Below are positions 1 through 11,506 of a stretch of 64,000 nt of DNA, in pieces. Position 1 is the first letter of the stretch. Every line of letters starts with the position of its first letter. Source of the stretch: Barthelona sp. PCE (Eukaryota); contig JAUFOR010000002.1 in the NCBI GenBank assembly GCA_040285745.1, positions 1,674,001 to 1,738,000 on the forward strand, written 5' to 3'. The notes beneath the pieces were generated by a model. That model saw only the letters and a list, made by a program, of their open reading frames with translations, did no database searches and was not told the origin of the DNA. The translations under genes and the position numbers were made by a program.

Positions 1-501
1 CTCTGTGCTGAGGATATCCAGCCCCTGTCCTCTGTGTAACTCCAGCATTTCTTCCAAGAAAACCTTGTTAGCCTCAGGACAATTCTCTCTTGCTATACGA
101 TCCATACAATTAAAATATATGAAGTTTGCGCTGTTAAGTGTCATTCCTACACCAAAAACACGGTGAGAACAGATTTCTCCACGACGAAAATACGCATTAT
201 CTTCAATATCATCAATGAGAAGTGATGCATTGTGAAGAGACGCAATCACAGACTTTACCAAATTAAGATGGTGATCTTCAGCCTCAATATACACATTAAG
301 AGCTTCAATGAACTTATCACGGACTTTCTTACCTGGATTCTTCATTAAGTAGTGGAAACTCTTGTTAAATCTATAGTCAACCTCGTGAAGTGCGAGATTT
401 CTAATCCCAACGCTAACATTGCGTAGCTTCAACAGTGCAGGCAATGATAATCTCTTTATGACCTTGGAAAGAGACCCAGTGTACTTAAACGGTGTTGCCA
501 T
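1..501 (-). CDS. GGPS1: Geranylgeranyl diphosphate synthase, runs off the left window edge
   Basis: Not in the ORF track. Manual translation from ATG at 501 gives MATPFKY...LHNASLLIDDIEDNAYFRRG (first Asp-rich motif)...LHRGQGLDI. Confidence 0.92.
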   Translation of the reverse strand, partial: MATPFKYTGSLSKVIKRLSLPALLKLRNVSVGIRNLALHEVDYRFNKSFHYLMKNPGKKVRDKFIEALNVYIEAEDHHLNLVKSVIASLHNASLLIDDIEDNAYFRRGEICSHRVFGVGMTLNSANFIYFNCMDRIARENCPEANKVFLEEMLELHRGQGLDILSTE

Positions 502-1079
502 CGTGTGTGTTTATATGAAAAGGGTGAAAAATGAAAGATGAAAAAAATTTGCTTTTCCATTTCTTTCCCAATTCATTTACTCAAATTATGGTTAGTTGCG
601 GTGGTAACTTTAATTCATCTTTGCATTTTAGAAATAATAAGGGAATAAAGGCAAAATTAAATGAATAGCTTTGAAACAATAATTTGGCGGATTTTTTTAG
701 GATATGATGTGGTTGAGCGTTTGTTTAACTACTGTGGGGAGAATTGTTGATTACAAAAATGATATTTATATCAGCATACATTGAGTTAATTATTGTGCTT
801 CATAATTAAAAGAATTTACTTCCAGTCAATGAGAATTAAATGCTTTAAATATGGGAATCGGGCAGAATCAAATGGTTTAAATCATTAAATAAAAAGTTGT
901 CCAAGAAAAAAACGGAATGCAGGTAAATTGTGTAAACACTCTATTACTGATATTCTTGTCCTAAAATTCGCGACGTTACTAATGTTTGCTTCAAGGACCA
1001 TGGCGTTCTACCTCATGTTCTAAATAAAAATCATGTTAAGCCAAATTACACCCCTTTTCAAATCATTTACTAGGGCATA

Positions 1080-2429
1080 ATGATCATAGGTGCATTTGTG
1101 ATTGCTAAATCCAACGGGTATGGACATCAAAAGGTATAAACTCTAACATTAAGTGATTTAATGCTCCAGAAATCTTTAACGCCTGATCTATCTAATGAGA
1201 TCGTCTCACTTTTTTGGCGTAAGCTCGCGGAATCCAACAACTACGAGGAGCTGCCATTGATTCTCGAGTTCAACCAGTTTCAGATCATTCACATCCCCGT
1301 CAACTCTCTATACTTCTTGGTCGCGGCACAAAACGAGACTGACGTAGTCTCATGCATATCATTCTTTGAAATGTTTAACGAAATTGTTAAATCTCGTTTT
1401 TCACACACATTAACACAGGAATTGATCAACAAAGAGTACATCACATTGATGCTTCTACTCGATGAGATGCTTTTTGGGGACATTATGATTACAGATTCTA
1501 ATCAATTACTGGAACTATACCCATCAAAAGAAAGTAGTGCAAGCACACGTGAACCAGAGGGTTTTGAGGTGCAGACACGGTGCCCATCCCTTGTTTCCAA
1601 CTCGAGTGCTCATATCCCTTGGCGTAGACAGAACGTTTCGCATGATAAGAACAAAGCTTTAGTTGATGTTGTAGAACGTTATGATGCTGTTATCGACTCG
1701 CATGGTATTGTTACCTTCTCATCCGTCAACGGTAACATAGCGATCAACAGTCTGTTAAGTGGTCAACCAGATGTACTACTGCGTTTGAAGAATCCTTCAT
1801 GCATCTCCAGTGCTTCGTTCCATCCCAGTGTCCGCTACATCAAATGGCAGAGTCAAAGGGTGCTCAGTTTCGTCCCCCCTGATGGCAAGTTCTCAGTTAT
1901 GCGGTATCAAATCAATGGTAATACACAATGCCCGATTTCTATTAAGCCTAAAACGCAACGCATAGCTGATGATAAGATTGAATTCAGCCTGTCTGTTTCG
2001 CCCAATGGTGATTTCTCTTTGCAAGACGTCTTTGTCAAGATTCCCTTTAACCATTCTTCCCTTTACTTAACTACTGTCGGTAATGAGGAGCCCGTCCATC
2101 GAATAATCAACGTGGACGTTTCATCTGACATCGGCTCCTCGTCATACAACCAACGTACACATGACTTTGAGTTCTCAATAGCAAAGCTTCCTTCTAACGG
2201 CAACGTTCAGATAACTGGTACGATTACTTTTATCCAGTTAGATGAGAAGTACAGGGATCCCCTCGATGAACTGGACGGTATCCATCCCGCTGTTACGTTC
2301 TTATTCACAAAAGAAGGTGATTCCGTGCTGAAGGTTAATAAGATGGAATTCAGTGATGAATATGGTGGTAATTTGTTCAAGGGTGTCAAGTATAAAACGC
2401 TTTCAGGACAGGTTGAAATGCAATTATAG
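1080..2429 (+). CDS. AP3M: Adaptor complex mu subunit, most like AP-3 mu; two exons (1080-1117, 1154-2429)
   Basis: IPWRR, SFHPSVRY and SFVPPDGKF motifs. Removing 1118-1153 restores the N-terminus MIIGAFVIAKSNGDLMLQK in frame. Confidence 0.88.
1118..1153 (+). other. Spliceosomal intron, 36 nt
   Basis: GTATGG...CTAACATTAAG. It contains an in-frame stop and its removal restores the reading frame. Confidence 0.9.
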
Positions 2430-2477
2430 AATAAATAGTGATTTTTATCTGTTAAAGGTTATTTCCTTTCTCTTACA

Positions 2478-3938
2478 ATGAAGAATCTAAAATATATTTG
2501 GTTTCTGGCACTTCTAGCACCGGTTATCGTTGCATCCTCATCGGATGAGACCCTTGAAATGGCCAATACTGCTTTTAATTCGGGGAAATGGCTCATGGCT
2601 ATCGACAGAATAGACACCTATCTCAAGACTGTTCCTGACGCAGTGATAACCCCACAGCTTGTTAATATGAAGGGAAAAAGTCTTTTAGAAGTAGGAAAAC
2701 CTCTTTTGGCAAAACGTTGGTTAGAGAATGGTATAGCACTGGAAAAGAGTCAAGAAACGTACGAACTACTCGTACGTAGTCTGTTTTATTTGGGTGACTT
2801 TGACGAAGTGTTGCGAATTTGTACAACACTGAAAGAAATGAAACTTCCCACCCATAATTATCACAAAAATGCCATTTTGGGCAATAAGTTGCTAATGGCA
2901 ACCGAAAAAGTTGATCCTACAAAGTGTACTAAGGCACAACTCAGTAATATGGATCGACTAACAGAATTATCTCCTTATGGTACTCATTTAAAGGCTCATA
3001 TTCAATGTCAATTGGAGAATAATCAAGTATCCAATGCGAAGAAGCGTGTACTTTTGCTTGAGAAAAGCGATGTTTGGGGTACCGATGATTTGCAGTACAT
3101 GTGGGCCAGTGTTTTGATAAAGGATGGTACGTATGATCTTGCAGCAAAAAGTCTTGCGAACGTATTAAACAGAGATCCTGATAACAAAGAGTGTGGATCT
3201 TTATACAAAAAGGTTAAAAAATTGACTAAGCATCTCAAACGATTGAAAAAGTTTAAGGATAAGAACGTTGAAAAATTCTTGCAAGAAGTCGCAAAAACAA
3301 AGGATGTTGAGAAAGGAAGAACTCCTTTTCAGATGCAACGTTCAGAAATTGCTTGTGAAGCTGTTAATTCACTTGCTTTAGAAGAATTGCTGCCTCATTG
3401 TAATAGAGCTGTTAAAATTGCTAAATCTCTCAGGAAACCGTCTGAAGATCTAACATACAAACATATTGAGGCACTTATTGCTTTAGAACAGCTTGATGAA
3501 GCTCGTCATATGATCAAAATGCAGAAAAAGGCTGGTGATTCCAGTGAGCGCTTAGGAGAGCTTGAGAAGGCCTGTAAGCCACGAGCGGCTGACTACTACA
3601 AGGTCCTAGGTATCCCTCGAACGGCAGATAAGAAAATGATTAAGAAAGCATACCGTGAGAAGGCTGCCATTCTTCATCCTGATAAGAACCCCGATGATGC
3701 TGAGGCCGAAAATAAGTTTATGGAGGTCCAAAAAGCATATGAAGTGTTGAAAGATCCTGATCTTAAGAAGAGATACGATAATGGTGAAGATATTGATCCC
3801 AGTAAGGGTGATCCACAACAAGGCCCCCAGGGTGGAGGTGGTTTCCCGTTTGGTGGTTTCCAGCAAGGCGGTGGTGGCTTCCCCGGTGGTTTTCCGGGTG
3901 GTTTTCCGGGTAACGTTCGCTTTGAGTTTAGGCAGTAG
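2478..3938 (+). CDS. DNAJC3: ER co-chaperone, DNAJC3/P58IPK-like (signal peptide, TPR repeats, J domain)
   Basis: N-terminal signal peptide, TPR-like helices, DYYKVLG...HPDKN J domain, GGFP-rich tail. Confidence 0.85.
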   Translation: MKNLKYIWFLALLAPVIVASSSDETLEMANTAFNSGKWLMAIDRIDTYLKTVPDAVITPQLVNMKGKSLLEVGKPLLAKRWLENGIALEKSQETYELLVRSLFYLGDFDEVLRICTTLKEMKLPTHNYHKNAILGNKLLMATEKVDPTKCTKAQLSNMDRLTELSPYGTHLKAHIQCQLENNQVSNAKKRVLLLEKSDVWGTDDLQYMWASVLIKDGTYDLAAKSLANVLNRDPDNKECGSLYKKVKKLTKHLKRLKKFKDKNVEKFLQEVAKTKDVEKGRTPFQMQRSEIACEAVNSLALEELLPHCNRAVKIAKSLRKPSEDLTYKHIEALIALEQLDEARHMIKMQKKAGDSSERLGELEKACKPRAADYYKVLGIPRTADKKMIKKAYREKAAILHPDKNPDDAEAENKFMEVQKAYEVLKDPDLKKRYDNGEDIDPSKGDPQQGPQGGGGFPFGGFQQGGGGFPGGFPGGFPGNVRFEFRQ

Positions 3939-4071
3939 TTTCACTGTAAATAGACAACATTTAAACAATACCATTTGATATTGTGAGGTTATTGAATTTT
4001 GATTATGTAGAAAAAAATTCTGTTCTGTTTTATCCAACCTTTTTGACTATATCATATCATCAACTATTGAT

Positions 4072-4524
4072 ATGAAGCTCGTTTTTGCTCTCTGTTTCAC
4101 GTTTTTGACCGTTTTAAGCTTTTCCAACGCCGCTGATATTTGGACTGATTGTTCAGGTCCATCAGCAACATTAAAGCTGTCTAAAGTCGTCATCACACCC
4201 GACCCTCCTGTCAGAAATATGAATCTGACTCTTTTTGTAGAAGGTTCCTTATCTAAACCAATTAAGGAGGGTACCACAGTTACTTATAAGATATGGTATG
4301 AAGGCTTCGTTCTTAAAAAGGGTACAGATGATCTTTGCCAAGATTTAATTGAGAAAGATACCCCAAAAAAATGCCCTTTTCTCCCTAATACTGATTATAA
4401 GCAGTCTTATACAACAGCCCTACCACCTAAAACTCCAAAGGGTCACTATAAGGCAAAAGTTGTTGTCACAGACCAAGATGCCAATGAGGTACACTGTATT
4501 GCACTAGATTTCAAGCTTAAGTAA
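4072..4524 (+). CDS. ML-domain lipid-binding protein, NPC2-like
   Basis: Signal peptide, WTDC, ITPDPP, DLC...CP, P.G.Y and a C-terminal Cys pattern typical of ML domains. Confidence 0.88.
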   Translation: MKLVFALCFTFLTVLSFSNAADIWTDCSGPSATLKLSKVVITPDPPVRNMNLTLFVEGSLSKPIKEGTTVTYKIWYEGFVLKKGTDDLCQDLIEKDTPKKCPFLPNTDYKQSYTTALPPKTPKGHYKAKVVVTDQDANEVHCIALDFKLK

Positions 4525-4825
4525 GTAACAATAAAGTTCAGTTGTACAATAAAGTATATTTAACTACCATTTCGATGACCATAAGATGCAGAAAAGCTAA
4601 TTACTTGACAAATCACTTAATCAGGTAAAACAAGGCATACATATCATGGATAAATACATGAATTTTGTGCATAATTATGTACTATAAGTATGTTTCAAAC
4701 ACAATGAACACAAATTAGCGGTTCCAGAATTGAAAACCATAAAAACGTTGTTTTCCCTTATTTTATCCTTTCCACTTGTGTAGTGCAGCACAAAACTGAC
4801 CGAAAACGAACGTTTTATAAAAAAA

Positions 4826-7015
4826 ATGTTTAAAAGGGCACAACGCATATCACCAGTTGACGAATTAAGTCTTTCTCCGCTTGCAAAGTGGATTAGATAC
4901 AGAATCATTCCTTGGGATCCAATCTTACATATCCTGCTCCTGACTGTTGTGATTATTTCCATCTCAGGTCCAGGAACCCAATCAAACACATCATACGTTG
5001 AGAATAGAATGACATTCATTGATCAGTTCATCACGCCTGATCTCGTTGATGATCCAAATGATATCACAAATGAGAAGAGAAGTTTTGAATTGTATAAGGT
5101 TGAAAATTTACTAGAATTGTTGGAATTCTGTAATACCAACTACTATAATCTTCAAATTAACAGCCCAGATCAGTACACGCTTATGTCTCCGACCGACCCG
5201 TTGTGGTTCCAAATCGATGACAATGAAAGTAAGGATGATGATGATGATGACGATCCATTCGGACCAGTTGTTTCATCTGAAGAAGATGACGCTAACATCG
5301 CACCTGTTCTTTTTATCGTTGAGTCGTTCAAAAACGGTATGGACGTATACGAGAAGACAAGTAGAAGTTACGCTGCTGACCTATCCATAGAGACCACAAC
5401 ATATCAGATCAGACAGGATGATGTACTCAAGCCATTCTCCACAATGACTGATGCTGAGATTGTGGAATTCTTTGCGCTGTTCCACAAGGCAGAGATCAAG
5501 ATGCGCTTTTATGGTAATCGAATCGAAAGTGCACTCCAAGATGATATTGTAGTCCCTCTCATTTGGGATATCACGCTATTGCTCTCCACCGAGAGTCACG
5601 CGGGGTTCATCGGCGTTACTGTAGACGCAGAGTTTTACATAATGGCAGACAGCCAAGCTTCCAAAAATGGTGGTCTCATCACCGTATACATAGACATTGC
5701 AATCATCGCAATCATCATGCCATGGGTACTGTTGATTCTTCGCCGAATCCGTAGGCGCGCCAAGCTGCTGTACAAGGCCCGAGGATTTGACTACATGGGG
5801 CTTGTCTCGACAACGACTGAATCCGAAGAAGAGTTACTTCTTAGTGTCAATACGACTGAATACATACGGCTTATTGAGGACGAGGAGGAGCGAGAGCGAG
5901 AGTGGAAGCAGGTTGCCAAATATCTCGTTGTGCGCGATGTATCCACGTTCAACATCTGGGATCTTTTAGATTTTGCTTCCGTTATTACACTCGGTATGTA
6001 TGCATTTTCAGACCTAGCTGAACAGTTCTTCATCAACACAAAGGAGCAGCTAAACACTACCGGTTCATCACTTCTGTTAAATACTGTTCAACTTCATCTG
6101 TTAGGTGGTGGTACGCTTTCCATTGCAACATCACTCCTCCAATACTTTGAGTATCGTGGTGACTGGGGCATGCTCATACACACCCTCAAGATCGGTATTC
6201 CTATTGTGCTCCGTTTCCTTGCTGGTGTCGCACCTCTCCTTATTGGATATACCCTCCTTGGCGTTGCCATGTTTGCTTCAATATGTGATCGATTTCATAC
6301 ATTTGGTGCGGCTTCAGTGACACTATTCAGTATCCTCAACGGTGATATTATGCTAGAAGTATTTACCCAAATATATCCAGCTAGTCCCATAGTCAGCAGA
6401 ATTTATCTTTTCAGTTACGTTATTATCTTTGTTTTTATTGCACTTAATATCTTCATTCAGATTATGGAGCAAGCGTTCACGACGGCAATGAGTAGATTTG
6501 GAATTGATTTAGGTGAAGGTGTCGAAGAAATTGATGAGAATGCTGAATTAAAGCAGAGGCTTGGTATTTCTAAGGAGTCTCCATCTCAGATGGATGCTCT
6601 GCATATGAAATTGAAGCAAGAAGAGCAAGAAACAATGGAAAAATTGCAAAGATTGAAGTTGCTTCGAATTCTTGCAATGAACAGGAAAGAACGTGTCAAT
6701 GCATTACATAATATGAATGGCAACGTGCAGGTTGAGTCTTCAGAACCTTCAGATAATGAAATAGCACGACCAAATGAAGTTTCAAATTCTTTCGCCCGCG
6801 AGGTTAATAATATCCAAAAAACAACATTCAAATCCGTCGCAAGACTCGTGACTCTTATGTCCAGGAGTAACATAAACAATAGGAATGCTAAAAAAGAGGA
6901 AGAACAGGCTGAAGTTGAAGAAACTCAACCACCATTTTTTGGAACAGACACCATGATCTTAGATAAAGTGTTTGGCTTGGAACACGAGGACGAGGCAAGT
7001 AATCCAACAGAATAA
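4826..7015 (+). CDS. MCOLN: Mucolipin (TRPML) cation channel
   Basis: LSP..KW..Y...PW N-terminus, large luminal loop, pore LFSILNGD, SRIYLFSY...LNIFI S6 segment. Confidence 0.9.
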   Translation: MFKRAQRISPVDELSLSPLAKWIRYRIIPWDPILHILLLTVVIISISGPGTQSNTSYVENRMTFIDQFITPDLVDDPNDITNEKRSFELYKVENLLELLEFCNTNYYNLQINSPDQYTLMSPTDPLWFQIDDNESKDDDDDDDPFGPVVSSEEDDANIAPVLFIVESFKNGMDVYEKTSRSYAADLSIETTTYQIRQDDVLKPFSTMTDAEIVEFFALFHKAEIKMRFYGNRIESALQDDIVVPLIWDITLLLSTESHAGFIGVTVDAEFYIMADSQASKNGGLITVYIDIAIIAIIMPWVLLILRRIRRRAKLLYKARGFDYMGLVSTTTESEEELLLSVNTTEYIRLIEDEEEREREWKQVAKYLVVRDVSTFNIWDLLDFASVITLGMYAFSDLAEQFFINTKEQLNTTGSSLLLNTVQLHLLGGGTLSIATSLLQYFEYRGDWGMLIHTLKIGIPIVLRFLAGVAPLLIGYTLLGVAMFASICDRFHTFGAASVTLFSILNGDIMLEVFTQIYPASPIVSRIYLFSYVIIFVFIALNIFIQIMEQAFTTAMSRFGIDLGEGVEEIDENAELKQRLGISKESPSQMDALHMKLKQEEQETMEKLQRLKLLRILAMNRKERVNALHNMNGNVQVESSEPSDNEIARPNEVSNSFAREVNNIQKTTFKSVARLVTLMSRSNINNRNAKKEEEQAEVEETQPPFFGTDTMILDKVFGLEHEDEASNPTE

Positions 7016-7103
7016 AAAAGATAGGCTCACTTTGGCCCAAGTTGAATGTGAATTTGTTTTTCCTACCTTGTTACACTTTTAAAAAGAAGCAAAATACACA
7101 AAC

Positions 7104-8303
7104 ATGCCAGTTGTTAAATTCAGAATCGTTGGAAACGATACATGTGACTTAGAAATCGATGAACCTACTGTTATTGGGGAAGTCAAAGCAATGCTACTTG
7201 ATTTTGTTGGCAAAGAAGGCGGTAACGTACGATTGGTCTTCAAAGGACAAGTTTTAAAGAACGATGAAGCTCCTCTTGGTGATTTTGGTGTTTTCGAAAG
7301 CCCTGATTCATACGTTGTAGCCATCATATCTGGTGGTACTCCCAAGGTCGTACAGACTCCCAACACCACTGCTGATATTATTACTCCTGCTGCCCCCGTA
7401 CAACCTGCAGCTCAGCCTACTGTTCCCGCTTCAGCTGTTCCCTTTGATCTTGATGGTGCTGTTGAAGAGGATGTTGTCATTGGGGAGAACCCAGAACCTG
7501 TTCCTCAACCAGTTGAGCAACCCAGGCCTGTTGGATATCAGCCCACTGATGAAGAAATCACTAATTTAATGGGTTTCACTGGTGCCACTAATGAAACTGC
7601 AACCCTTGCACTCCGCTGTGCTCGTGGTAATCTTGATGCTGCAGCAACTTTTTGTCTCGATGGTATTCCTCCTCAACTCATTGCTCAGCTCAATGCAGCA
7701 GAAGAACAGGCCGCTGTACAGAACCCTGAAGATGCCAACGCTAACGAGAACATTGAAGTACATGCTTTCCCTTCTCTTGAAGAGACAGAGGCTCCTGAGG
7801 GACAAGGTCCTCCTTCTACAGGTCTTCGAGCACGTCTAGAGGCTATGGACGGTTTCCAGAACCTCCGTTCAGAGGTTAGAGACAACCCTCAGCTTATTGA
7901 TGGTATCCTTAGCGCCTTCAATGCCACTAACCCATCACTCTTCCAAGAATGTGTCCGCAACCTTCCTGAGTTCCTCACTACTTTCCTGACAGAAGAGCAG
8001 GCTGCTATGACTCTTGCTAGCATTATGGCCCGTGCTCAAGGAAGTATGGGTGCTGGTCCTGCTCCTGGCCAAGGTCCTGCTCCTGGTCGTGTACCTCCTG
8101 CACAGATTGAAGTCACTGAAGAGGAGAACAACATCATTCGTAATCTCATGGAAATGACAGGCTTGTCTCGCCCTATTGTTGTTCAAGTGTTTATTGCTTG
8201 TGATCGTAATGGTGATTTGGCAGCTATGAACCTATTGGAAAATCTTGATCAGTACCAACAAGATATGGCTGCTGCCCAACCTCCCCAACCTGGAAATCAG
8301 TAA
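7104..8303 (+). CDS. RAD23: RAD23 ubiquitin receptor (UBL-UBA-XPCB-UBA)
   Basis: UBL with RLVFKGQVL, UBA1, FQNLR..V..NPQL XPC-binding region, and C-terminal UBA QVFIACDRN. Confidence 0.92.
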   Translation: MPVVKFRIVGNDTCDLEIDEPTVIGEVKAMLLDFVGKEGGNVRLVFKGQVLKNDEAPLGDFGVFESPDSYVVAIISGGTPKVVQTPNTTADIITPAAPVQPAAQPTVPASAVPFDLDGAVEEDVVIGENPEPVPQPVEQPRPVGYQPTDEEITNLMGFTGATNETATLALRCARGNLDAAATFCLDGIPPQLIAQLNAAEEQAAVQNPEDANANENIEVHAFPSLEETEAPEGQGPPSTGLRARLEAMDGFQNLRSEVRDNPQLIDGILSAFNATNPSLFQECVRNLPEFLTTFLTEEQAAMTLASIMARAQGSMGAGPAPGQGPAPGRVPPAQIEVTEEENNIIRNLMEMTGLSRPIVVQVFIACDRNGDLAAMNLLENLDQYQQDMAAAQPPQPGNQ

Positions 8304-8357
8304 ATGATTCGTGTATTTTTTTTTTTACCTTTTTCTACTTAATTTTGGGCTATTATA

Positions 8358-8819
8358 ATGCTTGAGGGTTGTCAGACAGCACAGGAATTCATCAAAAGAT
8401 TGAAGTATGTCGTAAAAATCATATCAGAAGACATTGCAAAGAATGAAGTAGAATTATCAGATGAAGAATATGATATCGATGTTGCTACTGTTATTTCTCT
8501 CTGCTTTGCTCCCGATTCGGAGACCAAGCTTACAGAATTGTGTCCAGAACTGGATGAGGATGGTGTTTCTGCATGTATTGCTTATTTATTGAAGAACAGA
8601 CAAAATATCCTTGACAGAACACTTACTGGTGTGTCGGTTATCCCCATTGTACAGCAGTTTAGGTGGAGAATCGATCAAATTGATGAGGGAGAAAAGGAAT
8701 TGTGTTTTGAGATTAAAACAGATGATGCTGAGATTATGTATCTATCATGTACAGAAGAAAATGCAAAGAACATAAGTGAAAAGATGAATGGATTCGTTGA
8801 ACAAATCGAAAAATTGTAG
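8358..8819 (+). CDS. COMM-domain (COMMD) protein
   Basis: 153 aa with P...FRWRID and a C-terminal helix typical of COMM domains. Confidence 0.65.
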   Translation: MLEGCQTAQEFIKRLKYVVKIISEDIAKNEVELSDEEYDIDVATVISLCFAPDSETKLTELCPELDEDGVSACIAYLLKNRQNILDRTLTGVSVIPIVQQFRWRIDQIDEGEKELCFEIKTDDAEIMYLSCTEENAKNISEKMNGFVEQIEKL

Positions 8820-8910
8820 TAGTAAAAGAGTATAAAAACTTACGAAATTACTGTTGTTTATTTAACTTAACCTTAACTATATGTCCAAAACATGACGTGC
8901 CTATACAAAA

Positions 8911-9414
8911 TTACTCAGTTGCTTCACCAAAAACAAGAGGTAAATATAACTGAGGTCGATCGATACTGGCCCTCTTCATGATAGGGTAATTATAAAAGTG
9001 GGATCCGTCGGCCGGCCTTGTAATACCTAGAAGAAGAAGAATTGTATCAAAGATATTGAAAACAAAAAATCCACCGAACGTAAAAAGCTTAATGAAACCC
9101 AAAGTGGGGTATCCAAGATAGAAGCGGTCAACTCCGAGCCAACCTAGCAAAGCATTCAAAACAAGAGCAGTATAAAAGGACTTGCCCGTAATATAAACGC
9201 ATTCACGTTCGATTGTAAATGTAGTCGGACCATCACATGTAAGTCCGCTGAATGTAGTGCAAGTGGCATTGTATACATCGCCAAATCTGCAGTTATCGGG
9301 CTGTTGGTACTCATTGACAGCAGGATTAGCACACATCATCTGTTCAGGCAATGAATCGCGGCATTCAAATCCAAAAACAGCGATCAAAAGTGTAAGAAAC
9401 AACAAAATACGCAT
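8911..9414 (-). CDS. TM2-domain protein (TM2D1-like)
   Basis: Signal peptide, Cys-rich ectodomain, LGWLGVDRFYLGY...KLFTFGG motif. Confidence 0.92.
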   Translation of the reverse strand: MRILLFLTLLIAVFGFECRDSLPEQMMCANPAVNEYQQPDNCRFGDVYNATCTTFSGLTCDGPTTFTIERECVYITGKSFYTALVLNALLGWLGVDRFYLGYPTLGFIKLFTFGGFFVFNIFDTILLLLGITRPADGSHFYNYPIMKRASIDRPQLYLPLVFGEATE

Positions 9415-10045
9415 GCGTAACTAAGATATAGGTGTGTAAATGAAAAACACCTTCTTCCCATATTGAACTTGTTCCATACGTTTCCTACGTGCAAAATATT
9501 ATTTTATATTACTTTTTGGGGAAGAAACATTGATAAATGAGAACTGAAATTCCCGGCAAAAATTTTAAGTGTGAAAATGTTAAAATTTAAAGTTCAGAAC
9601 ATATTTTACTATTTAAAACTATACTGTCAATAAAGCTAAATAAAATAAATAATCAGCTGCAAATTCTGTAAAAAAAAAATAGTATTTAAATTATGTATTT
9701 TCAAGATGCTGTAACACTTACAATCTGACAATGTACTTCAAAATGGTTAATGAAAACAGCAAGGGCTTACAGAATGTCTACAAGTTCTAGCAAACTACGG
9801 TATTGTAGTACACTAATGCGCGTTGTATTTACAGACTTGCTGTGTATCAGTCATGCCAAATAGACAATTTTGAACATCCAAATTAGATGTGATAGCAAAG
9901 AAAATTCAGCTTTTCTGAATAAGATAGGACCAAAAGACATATGCGTGGTACCTTTTAGCACCCAATTGGCTTCACTAAACGCATGTAACAAGCAAACTTC
10001 GCAAAAGACATGAATTTATTTTTAAATCCCTTTTCTTTTTGTAAT

Positions 10046-10151
10046 GTATGATAAACTATAGAAAAGATCCGCAAAGTACATGCTCAACGCTCTAACAGCG
10101 TTGTGCGCGTATGCGCGGTGCTTTGTGCCAAAAAGGTTTTCTAACTTCTAG
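10046..10151 (+). other. Structured 5'UTR intron of beta-tubulin, 106 nt
   Basis: GTATGA...CTAACTTCTAG, ending 13 nt before the ATG. Same splice signals as the frame-validated introns. Confidence 0.75.
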
Positions 10152-10164
10152 ATATATTTTTTAA

Positions 10165-11502
10165 ATGCGTGAAATCGTCCACATTCAAGCAGGCCAGTGC
10201 GGTAACCAGATCGGTAGCAAGTTCTGGGAGACCATTGCTGATGAGCACGGTGTTGATCCCACTGGTTCTTACCAGGGTCAATCCGACCTCCAATTGGAGC
10301 GTATCAACGTTTACTTCAACGAAGCTGCCGGTGGCAAGTATGTCCCCCGTGCCGTTTTAGTTGATCTTGAGCCTGGTACTATGGATTCCATTCGTGGTAA
10401 CGCTTATGGCCATCTTTTCCGTCCCGATAACTTTATCTTCGGTCAGACCGGTGCCGGTAACAACTGGGCCAAGGGTCACTATACCGAGGGTGCTGAGCTC
10501 ATTGACTCCGTCCTCGATATCGTCCGTAAGGAGGCTGAGTCTTGCGACTGCCTTCAGGGTTTCCAGATCTGTCACTCTCTCGGTGGTGGTACTGGTGCCG
10601 GTATGGGTACCCTCCTCATTGCCAAGATCCGTGAGGAGTATCCCGATCGTCAAATGTGTACTTTCTCCGTCGTTCCTTCCCCCAAGGTTTCTGATACCGT
10701 CGTTGAGCCTTATAACTGTACTCTTTCTGTTCACCAGCTTACTGAGAACTCCGAAGAGACTATGTGTATCGATAACGAAGCTCTTTACGATATTTGTTTC
10801 CGTACCCTTAAGCTCACCACCCCTACCTATGGTGACCTCAACCACCTCGTTTCCATCGTTATGTCTGGTGTTACTTGCTGTCTCCGTTTCCCCGGTCAGC
10901 TTAACTCCGATCTCCGTAAGCTCGCTGTTAACTTGGTTCCTTATCCTCGTCTTCACTTCTTCATGGTTGGTTTCGCTCCCCTCACTTCTCGTGGTTCTTC
11001 TGCCTACCGTCAGATCACTGTTCCCGAGCTCACTTCTCAGATGTTCCACTCTGGTAACATGATGGCTGCCTCTGATCCTCGTCACGGTCGTTACTTGACC
11101 TGTTCCGCCCTCTTCCGTGGTCGTATGTCCTCCAAGGAGGTTGATGAGCAGATGCTTAACATCCAGAACAAGAACTCTTCTTACTTCGTTGAGTGGATTC
11201 CCAACAACATCAAGTCTTCCATTTGTGACATTCCTCCTAAGGGTCTTAAGATGGGTGTTACCTTCATTGGTAACTCCACCTGTATCCAGGAGCTCTTCAA
11301 GCGTGTCCACGATCAGTTCACCAAGATGTTCCGTCGTAAGGCATTCCTTCACTGGTACACTGGTGAGGGTATGGACGAGATGGAGTTCACCGAGGCTGAG
11401 TCCAACATGAACGATCTTGTTGCTGAATACCAACAGTACCAGGATGCCGTTGCTGAGGAGGAAGGCGAGTACGAAGAGGAGGAAGATGATTTCGAATACT
11501 AA
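10165..11502 (+). CDS. TUBB: Beta-tubulin
   Basis: MREIVH, GGGTGAG and NNWAKGHY motifs, with strong codon bias. Confidence 0.99.
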   Translation: MREIVHIQAGQCGNQIGSKFWETIADEHGVDPTGSYQGQSDLQLERINVYFNEAAGGKYVPRAVLVDLEPGTMDSIRGNAYGHLFRPDNFIFGQTGAGNNWAKGHYTEGAELIDSVLDIVRKEAESCDCLQGFQICHSLGGGTGAGMGTLLIAKIREEYPDRQMCTFSVVPSPKVSDTVVEPYNCTLSVHQLTENSEETMCIDNEALYDICFRTLKLTTPTYGDLNHLVSIVMSGVTCCLRFPGQLNSDLRKLAVNLVPYPRLHFFMVGFAPLTSRGSSAYRQITVPELTSQMFHSGNMMAASDPRHGRYLTCSALFRGRMSSKEVDEQMLNIQNKNSSYFVEWIPNNIKSSICDIPPKGLKMGVTFIGNSTCIQELFKRVHDQFTKMFRRKAFLHWYTGEGMDEMEFTEAESNMNDLVAEYQQYQDAVAEEEGEYEEEEDDFEY

Positions 11503-11506
11503 GGTG

